Assembly: GCA_001779505.1 (NCBI GenBank)
Contig: MFKH01000006.1
Span: 1-56,997, forward strand
DNA: 56,997 nucleotides
Direction of reading: 5' to 3'
Origin: Candidatus Jorgensenbacteria bacterium GWA1_54_12
GTDB taxonomy: Bacteria; Patescibacteriota; Minisyncoccia; UBA6257; GWB1-50-10
A program made the translations under genes and the position numbers. Of the stretch, positions 8,512 through 16,855 are shown in pieces; position 1 is the stretch's first letter; every line of letters begins with the position of its first letter. The notes beneath the pieces were generated by a model. The model was not told where the DNA came from and ran no database searches. It saw nothing but the letters and a program-made list of their open reading frames with translations.

Positions 8512-11063
8512 CGTGGCGGGGAAAGCGCATTACCGTCATGGGACTCGGCCTCCTGGGGCGGGGAATACACGTAACCAAATTTCTCGCTGAAGAGGGAGCG
8601 GAGCTCATTGTAACCGACCTCAAAACAAAAGAAGAATTGGAGCCGTCGCTCACACAGCTCGCCGGCTGTTCCAACATCACCTATGTGCTCGGTGAACATC
8701 GCCTGGAAGATTTTGTGAACCGGGATATGGTGATAAAAGCCGCCGGCGTGCCGCTTGATTCGCCTTTCATCGCCGAAGCGAAAAAACACAACATTCCCGT
8801 TGAAATGGACGCGTCGCTTTTTGCGCGTCTCACAGAAGCGACCTTGGTCGGCGTGACCGGCACGCGCGGCAAATCAACAACAACGCACGCCCTTTACGAA
8901 ATACTGCAAAAAGCATCTGAAGGAACTGCGCGGCGGATATATCTCGGCGGCAACGTGAGGGGTGCGGCAACGCTTCCGCTCCTTCGGGAAGCGAAAAGAG
9001 GAGACATTGTCGTTATGGAGCTTGATTCCTGGCAGCTGCAGGGATTTGGCGAAGCGGGGTTGAGCCCGCACGTCGCCGTGTTCGTGACCTTTATGCCTGA
9101 CCACATGAACTATTATCGCGGCGACATGGAACAATATTTTGCGGACAAGTCATGCGTCTTCCGCTTTCAGAAACCGGGCGACCACTTCATTACCAACAAA
9201 ACCATTCTTGAAGAAATAGAAAAGCGCCGCATTCCCATTCCTGGAATTCTCCATCTTTTACCAAATACCGAGTATTTGATAAAATCACCGCTTTTGGGAG
9301 AACATAACCAAATGAATCTTGCCCATGCGAGAGAAGCGGCACGCGCGCTCGAAGTCCCCGAGAGCGTTATTGAAACAGCGCTCCAAAACTTCAAAGGGCT
9401 TCCGGGACGCCTAGAACGCATTGCCGATATAACGGGCGTCACCGTCTACAACGACACGAATGCAACAACGCCCGACGCGACGCATGCGGCCTTGAAGGCG
9501 CTCGGCAAGGAGAAAAACATCATCCTTATTATGGGCGGGGCGGACAAGAATTTGGACATGTCTCCGCTCATCAAAAACTTGGGCACATACTGCAAGGCGG
9601 TCATCCTTCTTCCCGGCACCGGCACGAGCCGCATCCGCCCGGCGCTCGCGGCAGAGAACATTACACTCAAAGACGTTGAAAGCATGCGGGAGGCAGTGAC
9701 ACAGGCGTTTCACGCGGCCGGAGCAGGAGACATAGTGCTCTTAAGTCCCGCATTCGCGTCATTCGGCCTTTTCAAAAACGAATATGACCGCGGCGATCAG
9801 TTCAACAACGCCGTTAAAATGATTGACATCGGAAATCAATCATTGAGCAAAACGAGACGAGTGCATTGCATCGGCATTGGGGGCATTGGCTTGTCGGCGC
9901 TTGCGCGGCTTTTGCATCACGAAGGAAACAAAGTGAGCGGTTCAGACCTTAACCCGTCACTCATAACCGAAGCGCTGGAAAGGGAAGGAATCCGCGTATT
10001 CACCGGCCACAATGCGGCGCATGTAACGCCCGACACCGACACAGTTATTTATAGTGTCGCGGTGTCGGATGACAACCCCGAACTGCGGCGCGCGCACGAA
10101 CTCGGCATTGCCGCGCTTACGTATCCCCAGGCCTTGGGCGAAGTGACAAGACGGTACAAAACGATAGCCATCGCCGGCACGCACGGCAAAACGACGACAA
10201 CTGCGATGGTCGCACGCATATTCCAGAAAGCGGGCTTGAAACCGACGGTCATCCTGGGAAGCTTATTCTCCGAAGAAAAAACGAATTTTATCCACGGCGA
10301 AGGTGTTTATTTTATCGTGGAGGCGTGCGAATATCAGCGCTCGTTTCTGAATCTGCATCCGTGGATATTGGTCATCACGAACATTGAAACGGAGCACCTT
10401 GACTACTATCGCGACCTCGCCGACATACAAAGCGCTTTTGACGAACTTGCGGCGCAGGTGCTTCCGGGAGGCCGCGTTATCCGCGAACACGATTATGCCC
10501 AAGACGAAGTACCCCCGCTTCGGGTCATCGGCGAACACAATCGGCGCAACGCACAGGCGGCGCTTGCCGCGGCGCGTGCGGCAGGCATTGCGGGAGATAC
10601 GGCGAGAGCGGCGCTTGCCGAGTTTACCGGCACGTGGCGGCGGCAGGAGTATAAAGGAAAAACAAAGCATGGTGCCCTGGTGTATGACGACTACGCCCAT
10701 CACCCGACGGAAATTAAGGCGACGCTCGCCGCCTTTCGCGGAAAGTTCCCGGAGGAGCGCATCATTGCCGTTTTTCAGCCGCACCTCTATTCGCGAACCA
10801 AACAATTTATGAATGATTTCGCGGAAAGTTTCGGCGACGCAAACAAAGTCATCATCATGCCGATTTATGCCGCGCGGGAAAAGAATGACCCGGGTGTGAG
10901 CGGGGAGATACTCGCGGGAAAGATAAAAGAAGGAGAATTTTATGAGAACACCGAAAAACTCCGAACGCTTCTTGAAAAAGAGGGGAGTGGCACGATTATC
11001 ATCGCGCTCGGCGCCGGAGACATATACAAACTTGCCGAATCACTGACGCATGACTCCGCGTGA
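8508..11063 (+). CDS. MurD-MurC fusion: UDP-MurNAc-L-Ala:D-Glu ligase fused to UDP-MurNAc:L-Ala ligase
   Basis: A single 851-aa ORF. Residues 1-445 are MurD-like (ITVMGLGLLGRG, GVTGTRGKSTT, LLSPAFASFGLFKNEYDRGDQF). Residues about 455-851 are MurC-like (VHCIGIGGIGLSALARLL..GNKVSGSD, IAGTHGKTTTT, EACEYQRSFL, DDYAHHPTEI). There is no stop at the junction (about 9810-9870). Confidence 0.85.
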   Translation: MTWRGKRITVMGLGLLGRGIHVTKFLAEEGAELIVTDLKTKEELEPSLTQLAGCSNITYVLGEHRLEDFVNRDMVIKAAGVPLDSPFIAEAKKHNIPVEMDASLFARLTEATLVGVTGTRGKSTTTHALYEILQKASEGTARRIYLGGNVRGAATLPLLREAKRGDIVVMELDSWQLQGFGEAGLSPHVAVFVTFMPDHMNYYRGDMEQYFADKSCVFRFQKPGDHFITNKTILEEIEKRRIPIPGILHLLPNTEYLIKSPLLGEHNQMNLAHAREAARALEVPESVIETALQNFKGLPGRLERIADITGVTVYNDTNATTPDATHAALKALGKEKNIILIMGGADKNLDMSPLIKNLGTYCKAVILLPGTGTSRIRPALAAENITLKDVESMREAVTQAFHAAGAGDIVLLSPAFASFGLFKNEYDRGDQFNNAVKMIDIGNQSLSKTRRVHCIGIGGIGLSALARLLHHEGNKVSGSDLNPSLITEALEREGIRVFTGHNAAHVTPDTDTVIYSVAVSDDNPELRRAHELGIAALTYPQALGEVTRRYKTIAIAGTHGKTTTTAMVARIFQKAGLKPTVILGSLFSEEKTNFIHGEGVYFIVEACEYQRSFLNLHPWILVITNIETEHLDYYRDLADIQSAFDELAAQVLPGGRVIREHDYAQDEVPPLRVIGEHNRRNAQAALAAARAAGIAGDTARAALAEFTGTWRRQEYKGKTKHGALVYDDYAHHPTEIKATLAAFRGKFPEERIIAVFQPHLYSRTKQFMNDFAESFGDANKVIIMPIYAAREKNDPGVSGEILAGKIKEGEFYENTEKLRTLLEKEGSGTIIIALGAGDIYKLAESLTHDSA

Positions 11064-11859
11064 AACAAGCGCATTCAGAAAACTCGTATACGCGCACTAC
11101 GAGAAGCATGGGCGGCACTTTCTCCCGTGGCGGAAAACACATGACCCCTACAAAGTTCTTGTTTCGGAAATAATGCTCCAGCAAACGCAGGTTCGGCGGG
11201 TCGCGGAGAAATACGAAGAGTTCATCCGCGTGTTCCCCAATGTGCAATCTCTCGCGAAAGCGTCTCTCAAGAAAATTCTCCGCACATGGCAGGGGATGGG
11301 GTATAACCGCCGCACCCGATACCTGAAAGAAGCGTCAGTCGCCATAGTGAAGCGCCACAGTGGGCACGTGCCGCGAGACGAGAACGCTCTCAAAAAACTT
11401 CCGGGCGTCGGTCCTGCAACCGCCGCCGGCGTTATCGTTTTCGCATACAACAAGCCGGCTCTTTATCTTGAAACGAACGTCCGGAGCGCCGTTATACATG
11501 ATTTCTTTCCGAGGAAGAAAGAGGTGCATGACCGTGATGTCATGCGGATTGTGGAGAAAGTCATGGACCGGCGGCACCCGCGACGGTGGTATGAGGCCTT
11601 CCTTGATTACGGCGCCGCGCTAAAAGAAAAATCAAACCCGTCACGCCGGAGCGCGCACTATGCAAAACAGCCGCCCTTCAAGGGGTCTGAACGGGAATTG
11701 CGCGGGAAAATCCTGCGCCTCCTTGCCGAGAAGCAGAAGACAAAAACAGAACTCAAGCGTATAGTGGGCGACGAACGCCTTGAAAGTGTTCTTGAAAGGT
11801 TGGAAAAAGAGAACATGATAGAGCACAAAAATACTCAATACCGAGTATTTAGTAATTAA
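11050..11859 (+). CDS. HhH-GPD base-excision glycosylase, MutY-like N-terminal domain with a winged-helix-like C-terminus and no Fe-S cysteines
   Basis: LPWRKTHDPYKVLVSEIMLQQTQV, WQGMGYNRR and LPGVGPATAAGV (HhH-GPD) match the MutY/Nth family. The protein contains no cysteine at all. Confidence 0.75.
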   Translation: MTPRETSAFRKLVYAHYEKHGRHFLPWRKTHDPYKVLVSEIMLQQTQVRRVAEKYEEFIRVFPNVQSLAKASLKKILRTWQGMGYNRRTRYLKEASVAIVKRHSGHVPRDENALKKLPGVGPATAAGVIVFAYNKPALYLETNVRSAVIHDFFPRKKEVHDRDVMRIVEKVMDRRHPRRWYEAFLDYGAALKEKSNPSRRSAHYAKQPPFKGSERELRGKILRLLAEKQKTKTELKRIVGDERLESVLERLEKENMIEHKNTQYRVFSN

Positions 11860-11860
11860 G

Positions 11861-13024
11861 ATGATTATCCTCATCCACTACGCCGAAATCGGCACTAAAG
11901 GACAGAACCGTCCGTTCTTTGAGCGATGTCTTGAAGGAAATATACGAATGGCTTTAAAACGCGCCGGCATCTCCGCGCGCGTGCGGCGCATGTCAGGGCG
12001 CATCATTGCGGACATCCCCGACGATGCAAAGCGAGAGCAAGTTTTTGAGGTACTTGCCGCCCAGTTCGGCATCTCTTCGTACGCGCCCGCCGTTAAATCG
12101 GGGACGGATATTCAAAACCTGAAACAGGCAGCGAAGGAACTTATAAAACTTCACGAGGGTACGTTTCGCATCTCGGCGCGCCGCGCCGACAAACGGTTCC
12201 CGCACTCGTCCCAGGAAATAAACGAACTTGTGGGCGAGCATGTGGTAAATGAGTTGGGAAGAAAGGTAAGTCTCACAAAGCCGGACGTGACATGCCGCAT
12301 TGAGGTTACAGGAAGCGAGGCATTTCTGTATACGGAGAAATTCCCCGGTCCCGGAGGCCTGCCGGTCGGGACGGGAGGGAAGGCGCTCGTCCTTCTCTCG
12401 GGCGGGATTGATTCGCCGGTCGCCGCGCACTTTGCGGCGCGGCGCGGCCTTGCGCCTCACTACATCCACTTTCATGCATATCCGTATACCGACCGGGGAG
12501 GAATGGAACGCGCAAGGGATATTGCGAATATATTGACGGCACACCAGCCGGAAACGACGCTTCATTTTGTTCCCTTTGCCGAACTGCAAAAAGAGATTGT
12601 CGCCTCCCGCGTGCCGGAACGCCTGCGCCTCATTCTTTACCGGCGATTCATGCTCCGCATTGCGGAGCGGATTGCGCAAAAAATTGGCGCACAGGCACTC
12701 GTTACAGGCGACGTTGTCGGGCAGGTTGCCTCGCAGACGCTTGAGAACATGGTTGTCATAAGCGAGGTGACGCAACTCCTCGTTCTGCGGCCGCTTGTGG
12801 GGTTTGATAAGGCGGATATTATTGCCTGCGCGGAACGCATCGGCACATACAACGCCTCAATCCGCGGGTGCGAAGACACCTGTGCGCGCTTTGTGCCAGC
12901 TCACCCGGCAACGAAAGCTCGCCTCACCGACGTCAAGACGGCGGAACAGCACCTCAATGTAGAGAAGCTCGTTGCTGATGCCGTTAGTCAATCCGAAGCA
13001 ATGCGAGTGACGGGAGAGAAATAA
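11861..13024 (+). CDS. thiI: tRNA 4-thiouridine(8) synthase
   Basis: HYAEIGTKGQNRPFFE N-terminus, THUMP-like middle region, PP-loop LLSGGIDSPVA. Confidence 0.88.
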   Translation: MIILIHYAEIGTKGQNRPFFERCLEGNIRMALKRAGISARVRRMSGRIIADIPDDAKREQVFEVLAAQFGISSYAPAVKSGTDIQNLKQAAKELIKLHEGTFRISARRADKRFPHSSQEINELVGEHVVNELGRKVSLTKPDVTCRIEVTGSEAFLYTEKFPGPGGLPVGTGGKALVLLSGGIDSPVAAHFAARRGLAPHYIHFHAYPYTDRGGMERARDIANILTAHQPETTLHFVPFAELQKEIVASRVPERLRLILYRRFMLRIAERIAQKIGAQALVTGDVVGQVASQTLENMVVISEVTQLLVLRPLVGFDKADIIACAERIGTYNASIRGCEDTCARFVPAHPATKARLTDVKTAEQHLNVEKLVADAVSQSEAMRVTGEK

Positions 13025-13532
13025 TACCGTCGCCCACGATGTATATCTCCGTCCGGTGAATGCCGAACTCACGCGCCTCCTCTTTTGAAGGCATCCAAAT
13101 ATCCACAAAGTTTTCCTTGCGGCGATGCATCCGGTCCTTGACCACGAAAACGCGGTCGCCAAAAAGCTTGGGAATCATGACACGGGTGCCGAAGGGCAGG
13201 AAGTTCGCCGCAATGATGCCCTCTTCCACCGTGCTTCCGGAAGCCGTAATAAAAGGAGTGTCGTCAGTTTCGTCCTCGGCGCTTGAATACGCCGTCACCC
13301 GAACCGTAAAGCTCACATAGTCACGGACGGGGGAAACAACCGAAGCAATCATCTCCTTCAGGGGAGTCAGGGAAGTAGAATGCGAACCGATGCCGAAAAG
13401 AGAAGGGAGCAGAAAGACCGCAAACGTCGCCCGCCTGCCGGCGAGGCGAGCAGAAGTAAGCCGTGCCTTCAAGCAGGCAAGGTAGCGTTTGCGGCGACTA
13501 TCACCGGTTTCGTCTATTGTGTGAAGCATCAT
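12984..13532 (-). CDS. 3D-domain (MltA/RlpA-like barrel) cell-wall-associated protein with N-terminal anchor
   Basis: C-terminal VTAYSSAEDETDDTPFITASGSTV...GTRVMIP...VKDRM...VDIWM matches the 3D-domain pattern. The 407-aa ORF was trimmed to ATG-ATG at 13532 because the upstream 225 codons are antisense to the pseudouridine synthase gene. Confidence 0.7.
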   Translation of the reverse strand: MMLHTIDETGDSRRKRYLACLKARLTSARLAGRRATFAVFLLPSLFGIGSHSTSLTPLKEMIASVVSPVRDYVSFTVRVTAYSSAEDETDDTPFITASGSTVEEGIIAANFLPFGTRVMIPKLFGDRVFVVKDRMHRRKENFVDIWMPSKEEAREFGIHRTEIYIVGDGIISLPSLALLRID

Positions 13533-13595
13533 AGTTGTGTAGCCTTTACCAATAAAAACGCCCCCGACCTGGGGACGATGGTATACTAGCATAAA

Positions 13596-14312
13596 GTGGC
13601 AAAAAACGCAAGCCCCACCCTTATATACGAGGAAGGAGGATTCCTGGCAGTCGGGAAGCCCGCAGGAACCCTTACCCACCCAATAAACGCGTCTGGGAGC
13701 GAAAAAACGCTTGTAGACTGGGTTCTTGAGCGCTATCCGGAAGTCCGGAAAGTAGGAGATAACCCGATTCTTCGCCCGGGCATCGTCCATCGTCTTGACC
13801 GGGAAACGTCTGGAATCCTCATTGTTGCCAGGAGCCAGGATTTCTTTGACTACTTTAAGGGACTTCTCCAAACAGGCGGGGTGAAAAAGACGTATCGCGC
13901 CCTCCTCTGGGGAAAACTCCCGGAAAGTGGGGTGATTGACGTCCCCATCGGCTTGAAAAGCGGCACGACGCGGCGAACAACCCGCGGCCGCAAGCAGAAA
14001 ATGGTGAAAAGCGCGGTAACCGAATATCGGGCGCTTGCGTATCTTTCGCACGACTCGCTCTCCTTTACGCTCGCCGAACTCCGGCCGCGAACGGGGCGCA
14101 CACACCAGCTCCGCGTTCATATGGCGCACATTGGCCACCCGGTTTTGGGCGACGCGATGTATGGAAAAAGAGAGGCACCGTTTCCCGTGCCGCGCCAGAT
14201 GCTCCACGCCGAAACGCTTGAGTTCGCGCTCCCTGAAGGAAAAAGAATCCGTCTGGAAATGCCCATCCCCGAAGATTTTGAAAACGTTCTCGCACTTCTC
14301 GAAAAAAGTTAG
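13596..14312 (+). CDS. RluA-family pseudouridine synthase (no S4 domain)
   Basis: HRLDRETSGILIVA catalytic motif, KxYxALV-like KTYRALLWG, and RTGRTHQLRVH. GTG start. Confidence 0.85.
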   Translation: MAKNASPTLIYEEGGFLAVGKPAGTLTHPINASGSEKTLVDWVLERYPEVRKVGDNPILRPGIVHRLDRETSGILIVARSQDFFDYFKGLLQTGGVKKTYRALLWGKLPESGVIDVPIGLKSGTTRRTTRGRKQKMVKSAVTEYRALAYLSHDSLSFTLAELRPRTGRTHQLRVHMAHIGHPVLGDAMYGKREAPFPVPRQMLHAETLEFALPEGKRIRLEMPIPEDFENVLALLEKS

Positions 14313-14340
14313 GGCGTCCGTCAGTTGACAGACGCCCTTT
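14312..14340. terminator. hairpin between convergent genes
   Basis: GGGCGTC-12 nt-GACGCCC followed by TTT, lying between the stops of 13596..14312(+) and 14348..14764(-). Confidence 0.45.
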
Positions 14341-14347
14341 GTGGAGT

Positions 14348-14764
14348 TTAGGAACTCCGCACGAGCGCAAGCACGGCATCACAGTTCTGCTTGTCCTTCA
14401 GGTCCATGCTGATGGAGGATTTTATCCGCCTCCTGAAGGAGCCCTTTTTCATCTCCATAACGCAGCGCATCACGGTGCCCCACACGAACTGGTAAAGCAC
14501 GCGCAGGGAACCGACGTGCTCGTCACCTCCTTCGCCATCAACACCCTCGATGGTGAAGTCGAGGTTCCCCCTCGCGTCCCTCACGCCCAGAGAATAGCGC
14601 CGGCGCAGGATGTCCGGCTGGCCGTCGTTATGGAAAACGATTTCGAAAGAGAACGTCCTCGGCCGGTTTCCCAGAAGCAGCACGGTAACGGTTCCATAGA
14701 ACCTGTCACTCTGTGCATCGGGATAATCGCGCTCGGTCTCCGATTCCACCACAAGAGTAATCAC
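14348..14764 (-). CDS. hypothetical protein
   Basis: GTG start preceded by GGGGAGGA 6 nt upstream. The composition is protein-like, unlike the overlapping + strand ORF. No recognisable domain. Confidence 0.55.
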   Translation of the reverse strand: MITLVVESETERDYPDAQSDRFYGTVTVLLLGNRPRTFSFEIVFHNDGQPDILRRRYSLGVRDARGNLDFTIEGVDGEGGDEHVGSLRVLYQFVWGTVMRCVMEMKKGSFRRRIKSSISMDLKDKQNCDAVLALVRSS

Positions 14765-14850
14765 GCTATGTCCTCCCCAGTTGAATTGTTCAGTAACCGT
14801 GGGGAATTATACAACATAAATAAAGAAAAAGCAAGTATCGGAAATAAAGT

Positions 14851-14878
14851 TTGTCAAACCGCGCAAAATGCGTAAAAT
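14851..14878 (+). promoter_or_regulatory. sigma-70-like promoter upstream of tRNA-Leu
   Basis: TTGTCA (14851-14856), 16-nt spacer, TAAAAT (14873-14878), about 30 nt before the tRNA. Confidence 0.45.
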
Positions 14879-14910
14879 GAGTTCGTGGCGGGTGTGCCCG
14901 CCAGCAATAG

Positions 14911-14993
14911 GCCCGGGTGGCGGAATGGCATACGCAGCAGCTTGAGGGGCTGTGTCTCTATGAGACGTGCGGGTTCAAATCCCGCCCCGGGCA
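14911..14993 (+). tRNA. tRNA-Leu (anticodon GAG)
   Basis: Acceptor GCCCGGG/CCCGGGC, anticodon loop TTGAGGG, long variable arm, T-arm GCGGG-TTCAAAT-CCCGC. No CCA. Confidence 0.85.
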
Positions 14994-14997
14994 CAAG

Positions 14998-15036
14998 ATG
15001 ACTCCAGCCATCCTTGCGATGGTTGGAGTCATTTTT
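14998..15036 (+). terminator. strong intrinsic terminator after tRNA-Leu
   Basis: 15-bp stem ATGACTCCAGCCATC / GATGGTTGGAGTCAT, loop CTTGC, then TTTTT. Confidence 0.75.
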
Positions 15037-15041
15037 ATGAC

Positions 15042-15207
15042 GGCGGGATTTGAACGAGGGGTGGGTCGGAGGGGAAGCAACCGCGTCCCCTCCGTGTCGG
15101 AATGAGTCCCGCCTCGGCGGGACGGATTCAAAACCGAGGGTTTTGAAAGCGCAGCTCCGATGATGTATCATCGGAGCGAGCAGTGAAACATCCCGCCCCG
15201 GGCACAA
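15042..15207 (+). other. structured ~165-nt element bounded by partial tRNA-Leu 3-prime-end copies (candidate ncRNA or att-site scar)
   Basis: 15042-15055 is the reverse complement of tRNA-Leu 14973-14986. 15190-15207 is an exact 18-nt direct copy of 14979-14996. Four perfect hairpins lie inside (15068-15093, 15106-15123, 15129-15145, 15154-15177), closed by GGCGGGA (15042-15048) / TCCCGCC (15191-15197). Confidence 0.5.
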
Positions 15208-15304
15208 AATGGAAAACTGCTCTCCTTCCTGATATTACTTTACGGAACCGGAACTTAGTGATATTTTTGACACAGACCTTTCAAAGCAGAACAGGAGATA
15301 TATC

Positions 15305-15790
15305 ATGACTAAACAAGAGCTTTTACAACATGTCATCAAAGCGCTCATACAATCAAAGAAAAGCGCCGAACAAAGTTTTGCAGTAACGAAACAGGCAGCT
15401 ATTGAAGCCCCTGGCGCGATGCAATCACACAGTGATACCACAAAATCGCAGATGGGAAACTTTGCCGAGAAAATCCAGGAATCAATAATAGAAAAGGACC
15501 ATGCCATTAATACCTTACAAACGATGGCACGTTCGGATCTATCCTCAGACCTTTCTAATATCAGGATTGGTTCTGTCGCTGAGGTACTCACTGAAACCAA
15601 CGAACGGGAAACCTATTTCATGCTCCCGGTTGGTGGCGGCATCAAAGTCACCGATGGAAACAGGACAATTTCCGTCATCACTCCGCGAGCTCCTCTTGCT
15701 ATTGCGCTCATAGGGAAAAAACAAGGTGAGACAATCAAGTTACAAGTTGGTTCTCGACAAAGGAAGCTCACAATTATAAGTATCCAGTAA
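15305..15790 (+). CDS. GreA/GreB C-terminal-domain family protein with a coiled-coil N-terminus
   Basis: The C-terminus ISVITPRAPLAIALIGKKQGETI resembles the GreA C-terminal domain (S.SPLG.ALLGKK.GD). SD AGGAGA 7 nt upstream. Low-GC gene. Confidence 0.6.
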   Translation: MTKQELLQHVIKALIQSKKSAEQSFAVTKQAAIEAPGAMQSHSDTTKSQMGNFAEKIQESIIEKDHAINTLQTMARSDLSSDLSNIRIGSVAEVLTETNERETYFMLPVGGGIKVTDGNRTISVITPRAPLAIALIGKKQGETIKLQVGSRQRKLTIISIQ

Positions 15791-15817
15791 AGCCGAGCAG
15801 TGCTCGGCTCTTTTTTT
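15791..15817 (+). terminator. intrinsic terminator
   Basis: AGCCGAG-CAGTG-CTCGGCT followed by a run of Ts. Confidence 0.75.
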
Positions 15818-15904
15818 GAAACTGCAGCATCTTTTAAAGAAAACGCCGTGTAAAAGGTGTATTTCCACCTAGAACACGGCGTCGATTCGCGGGCATGAAT
15901 GGTT

Positions 15905-16855
15905 TTATTGCACCCGCTCCTGCATACAAAGTGCCTTGAACTTCTTTGCAGTTTCGCTCTGAAGAAACGCTTTCCATGGCATAAGAATATCTTGGGTATG
16001 TTTATATATGCACAAACGAACCCAGTAGTCAGACATTCTTCGTTCAATTCTAATACCGTAGAATCCTTCATAGCATTGTTCTTTGACTGTGCACCCGTCA
16101 CAAACTTGGTCAAAGAAGTACTGATATGACATCTTCGTTGAGAAGCGAAAACCACCCTCCGCCTCCCAGAAAACTGTGGTATTCGAGCTTCCTGACCGAC
16201 GTTCTTCTTTAAAAGGTTTCGCGCTGAGTGCCTGACACACATCCCGGATGATTTGCTGACTTTTTTCGATATTGGCTAGGTCATTAAGTAGCCGGATATC
16301 GAAATTATATTGTCGCTGCAGGTCTCCAAGTGAATCTAGTACTTGATGTATTTGCTCGCGCGAACTGTATGCTACTGTGTTCACTCGAACTTTCAGGCCA
16401 GCTTTACTTGCTGTCACAAGATTGCGCTTTTGAGACTCAAGGGCTCGCACAGCCCAGCCAAATTCACGCCGACGTGTTTCCAGTTGAAGGAAAGATTGAG
16501 GAGTAGCATCATGAATGCTCACAATTACTTTCCGCAGACCGGAATCGCGTAACTTAGTCCACTCGCCAACGGATAGTAGCTGAATGCCGTTGGTTGTGAC
16601 CGAGATGTTCGCAACATTGATGCCGCGCACGATTTTGTCCAAATCTGGATGAATTGTGGGTTCACCCCCAGTCAACATGACTTTTCTGAATTCCAGTGTT
16701 TTCAGCAACGAATCAACACAGTCAAAAAACGTCTCGTTCGGCTCCACAGATTCAATTGTACGCATGTCACCTTCCTCATTGCAGAAGTTGCACGTTCGGT
16801 TACACGCGCCCGTGATTTTAATCCGTAAAGCTGGTTCAGTGATAGTTTGAGCCAT
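15905..16855 (-). CDS. radical SAM enzyme with MoaA-like architecture, function unknown
   Basis: CNRTCNFC (CxxxCxxC) at residues 18-25, LTGGEPT, VTTNG, SIHD strand pattern as in MoaA-type TIM barrels, and a C-terminal Cys cluster CDGCTVKEQC. GGAGG upstream of the ATG. Low GC. Confidence 0.75.
   Translation of the reverse strand: MAQTITEPALRIKITGACNRTCNFCNEEGDMRTIESVEPNETFFDCVDSLLKTLEFRKVMLTGGEPTIHPDLDKIVRGINVANISVTTNGIQLLSVGEWTKLRDSGLRKVIVSIHDATPQSFLQLETRRREFGWAVRALESQKRNLVTASKAGLKVRVNTVAYSSREQIHQVLDSLGDLQRQYNFDIRLLNDLANIEKSQQIIRDVCQALSAKPFKEERRSGSSNTTVFWEAEGGFRFSTKMSYQYFFDQVCDGCTVKEQCYEGFYGIRIERRMSDYWVRLCIYKHTQDILMPWKAFLQSETAKKFKALCMQERVQ

Noticed and set aside
10263-12775. Long antisense ORFs inside the murD-murC fusion ORF and thiI (10263..10805 and 11993..12775, both minus strand); similar ones occur inside murA and pcm (30851..31537 and 31649..32350, both minus strand)
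   Set aside because: They are opposite strongly supported conserved genes in GC-rich DNA and have an Arg/Pro-rich, low-complexity composition.
13533-14207. N-terminal 225 codons of the 407-aa minus-strand ORF 12984..14207
   Set aside because: This part runs antisense through the well-supported RluA-family gene (13596..14312) and has an Arg/Pro/Ala-rich, non-protein-like composition. The 3D-domain protein has a plausible ATG at 13532 followed by a membrane anchor.
14339-14875. 178-aa plus-strand ORF overlapping the minus-strand orphan 14348..14764
   Set aside because: It has no SD and an odd His/Pro/Ala-rich composition, and it would run into the tRNA-Leu promoter. The minus-strand ORF has a GGGGAGGA SD in front of its GTG start.
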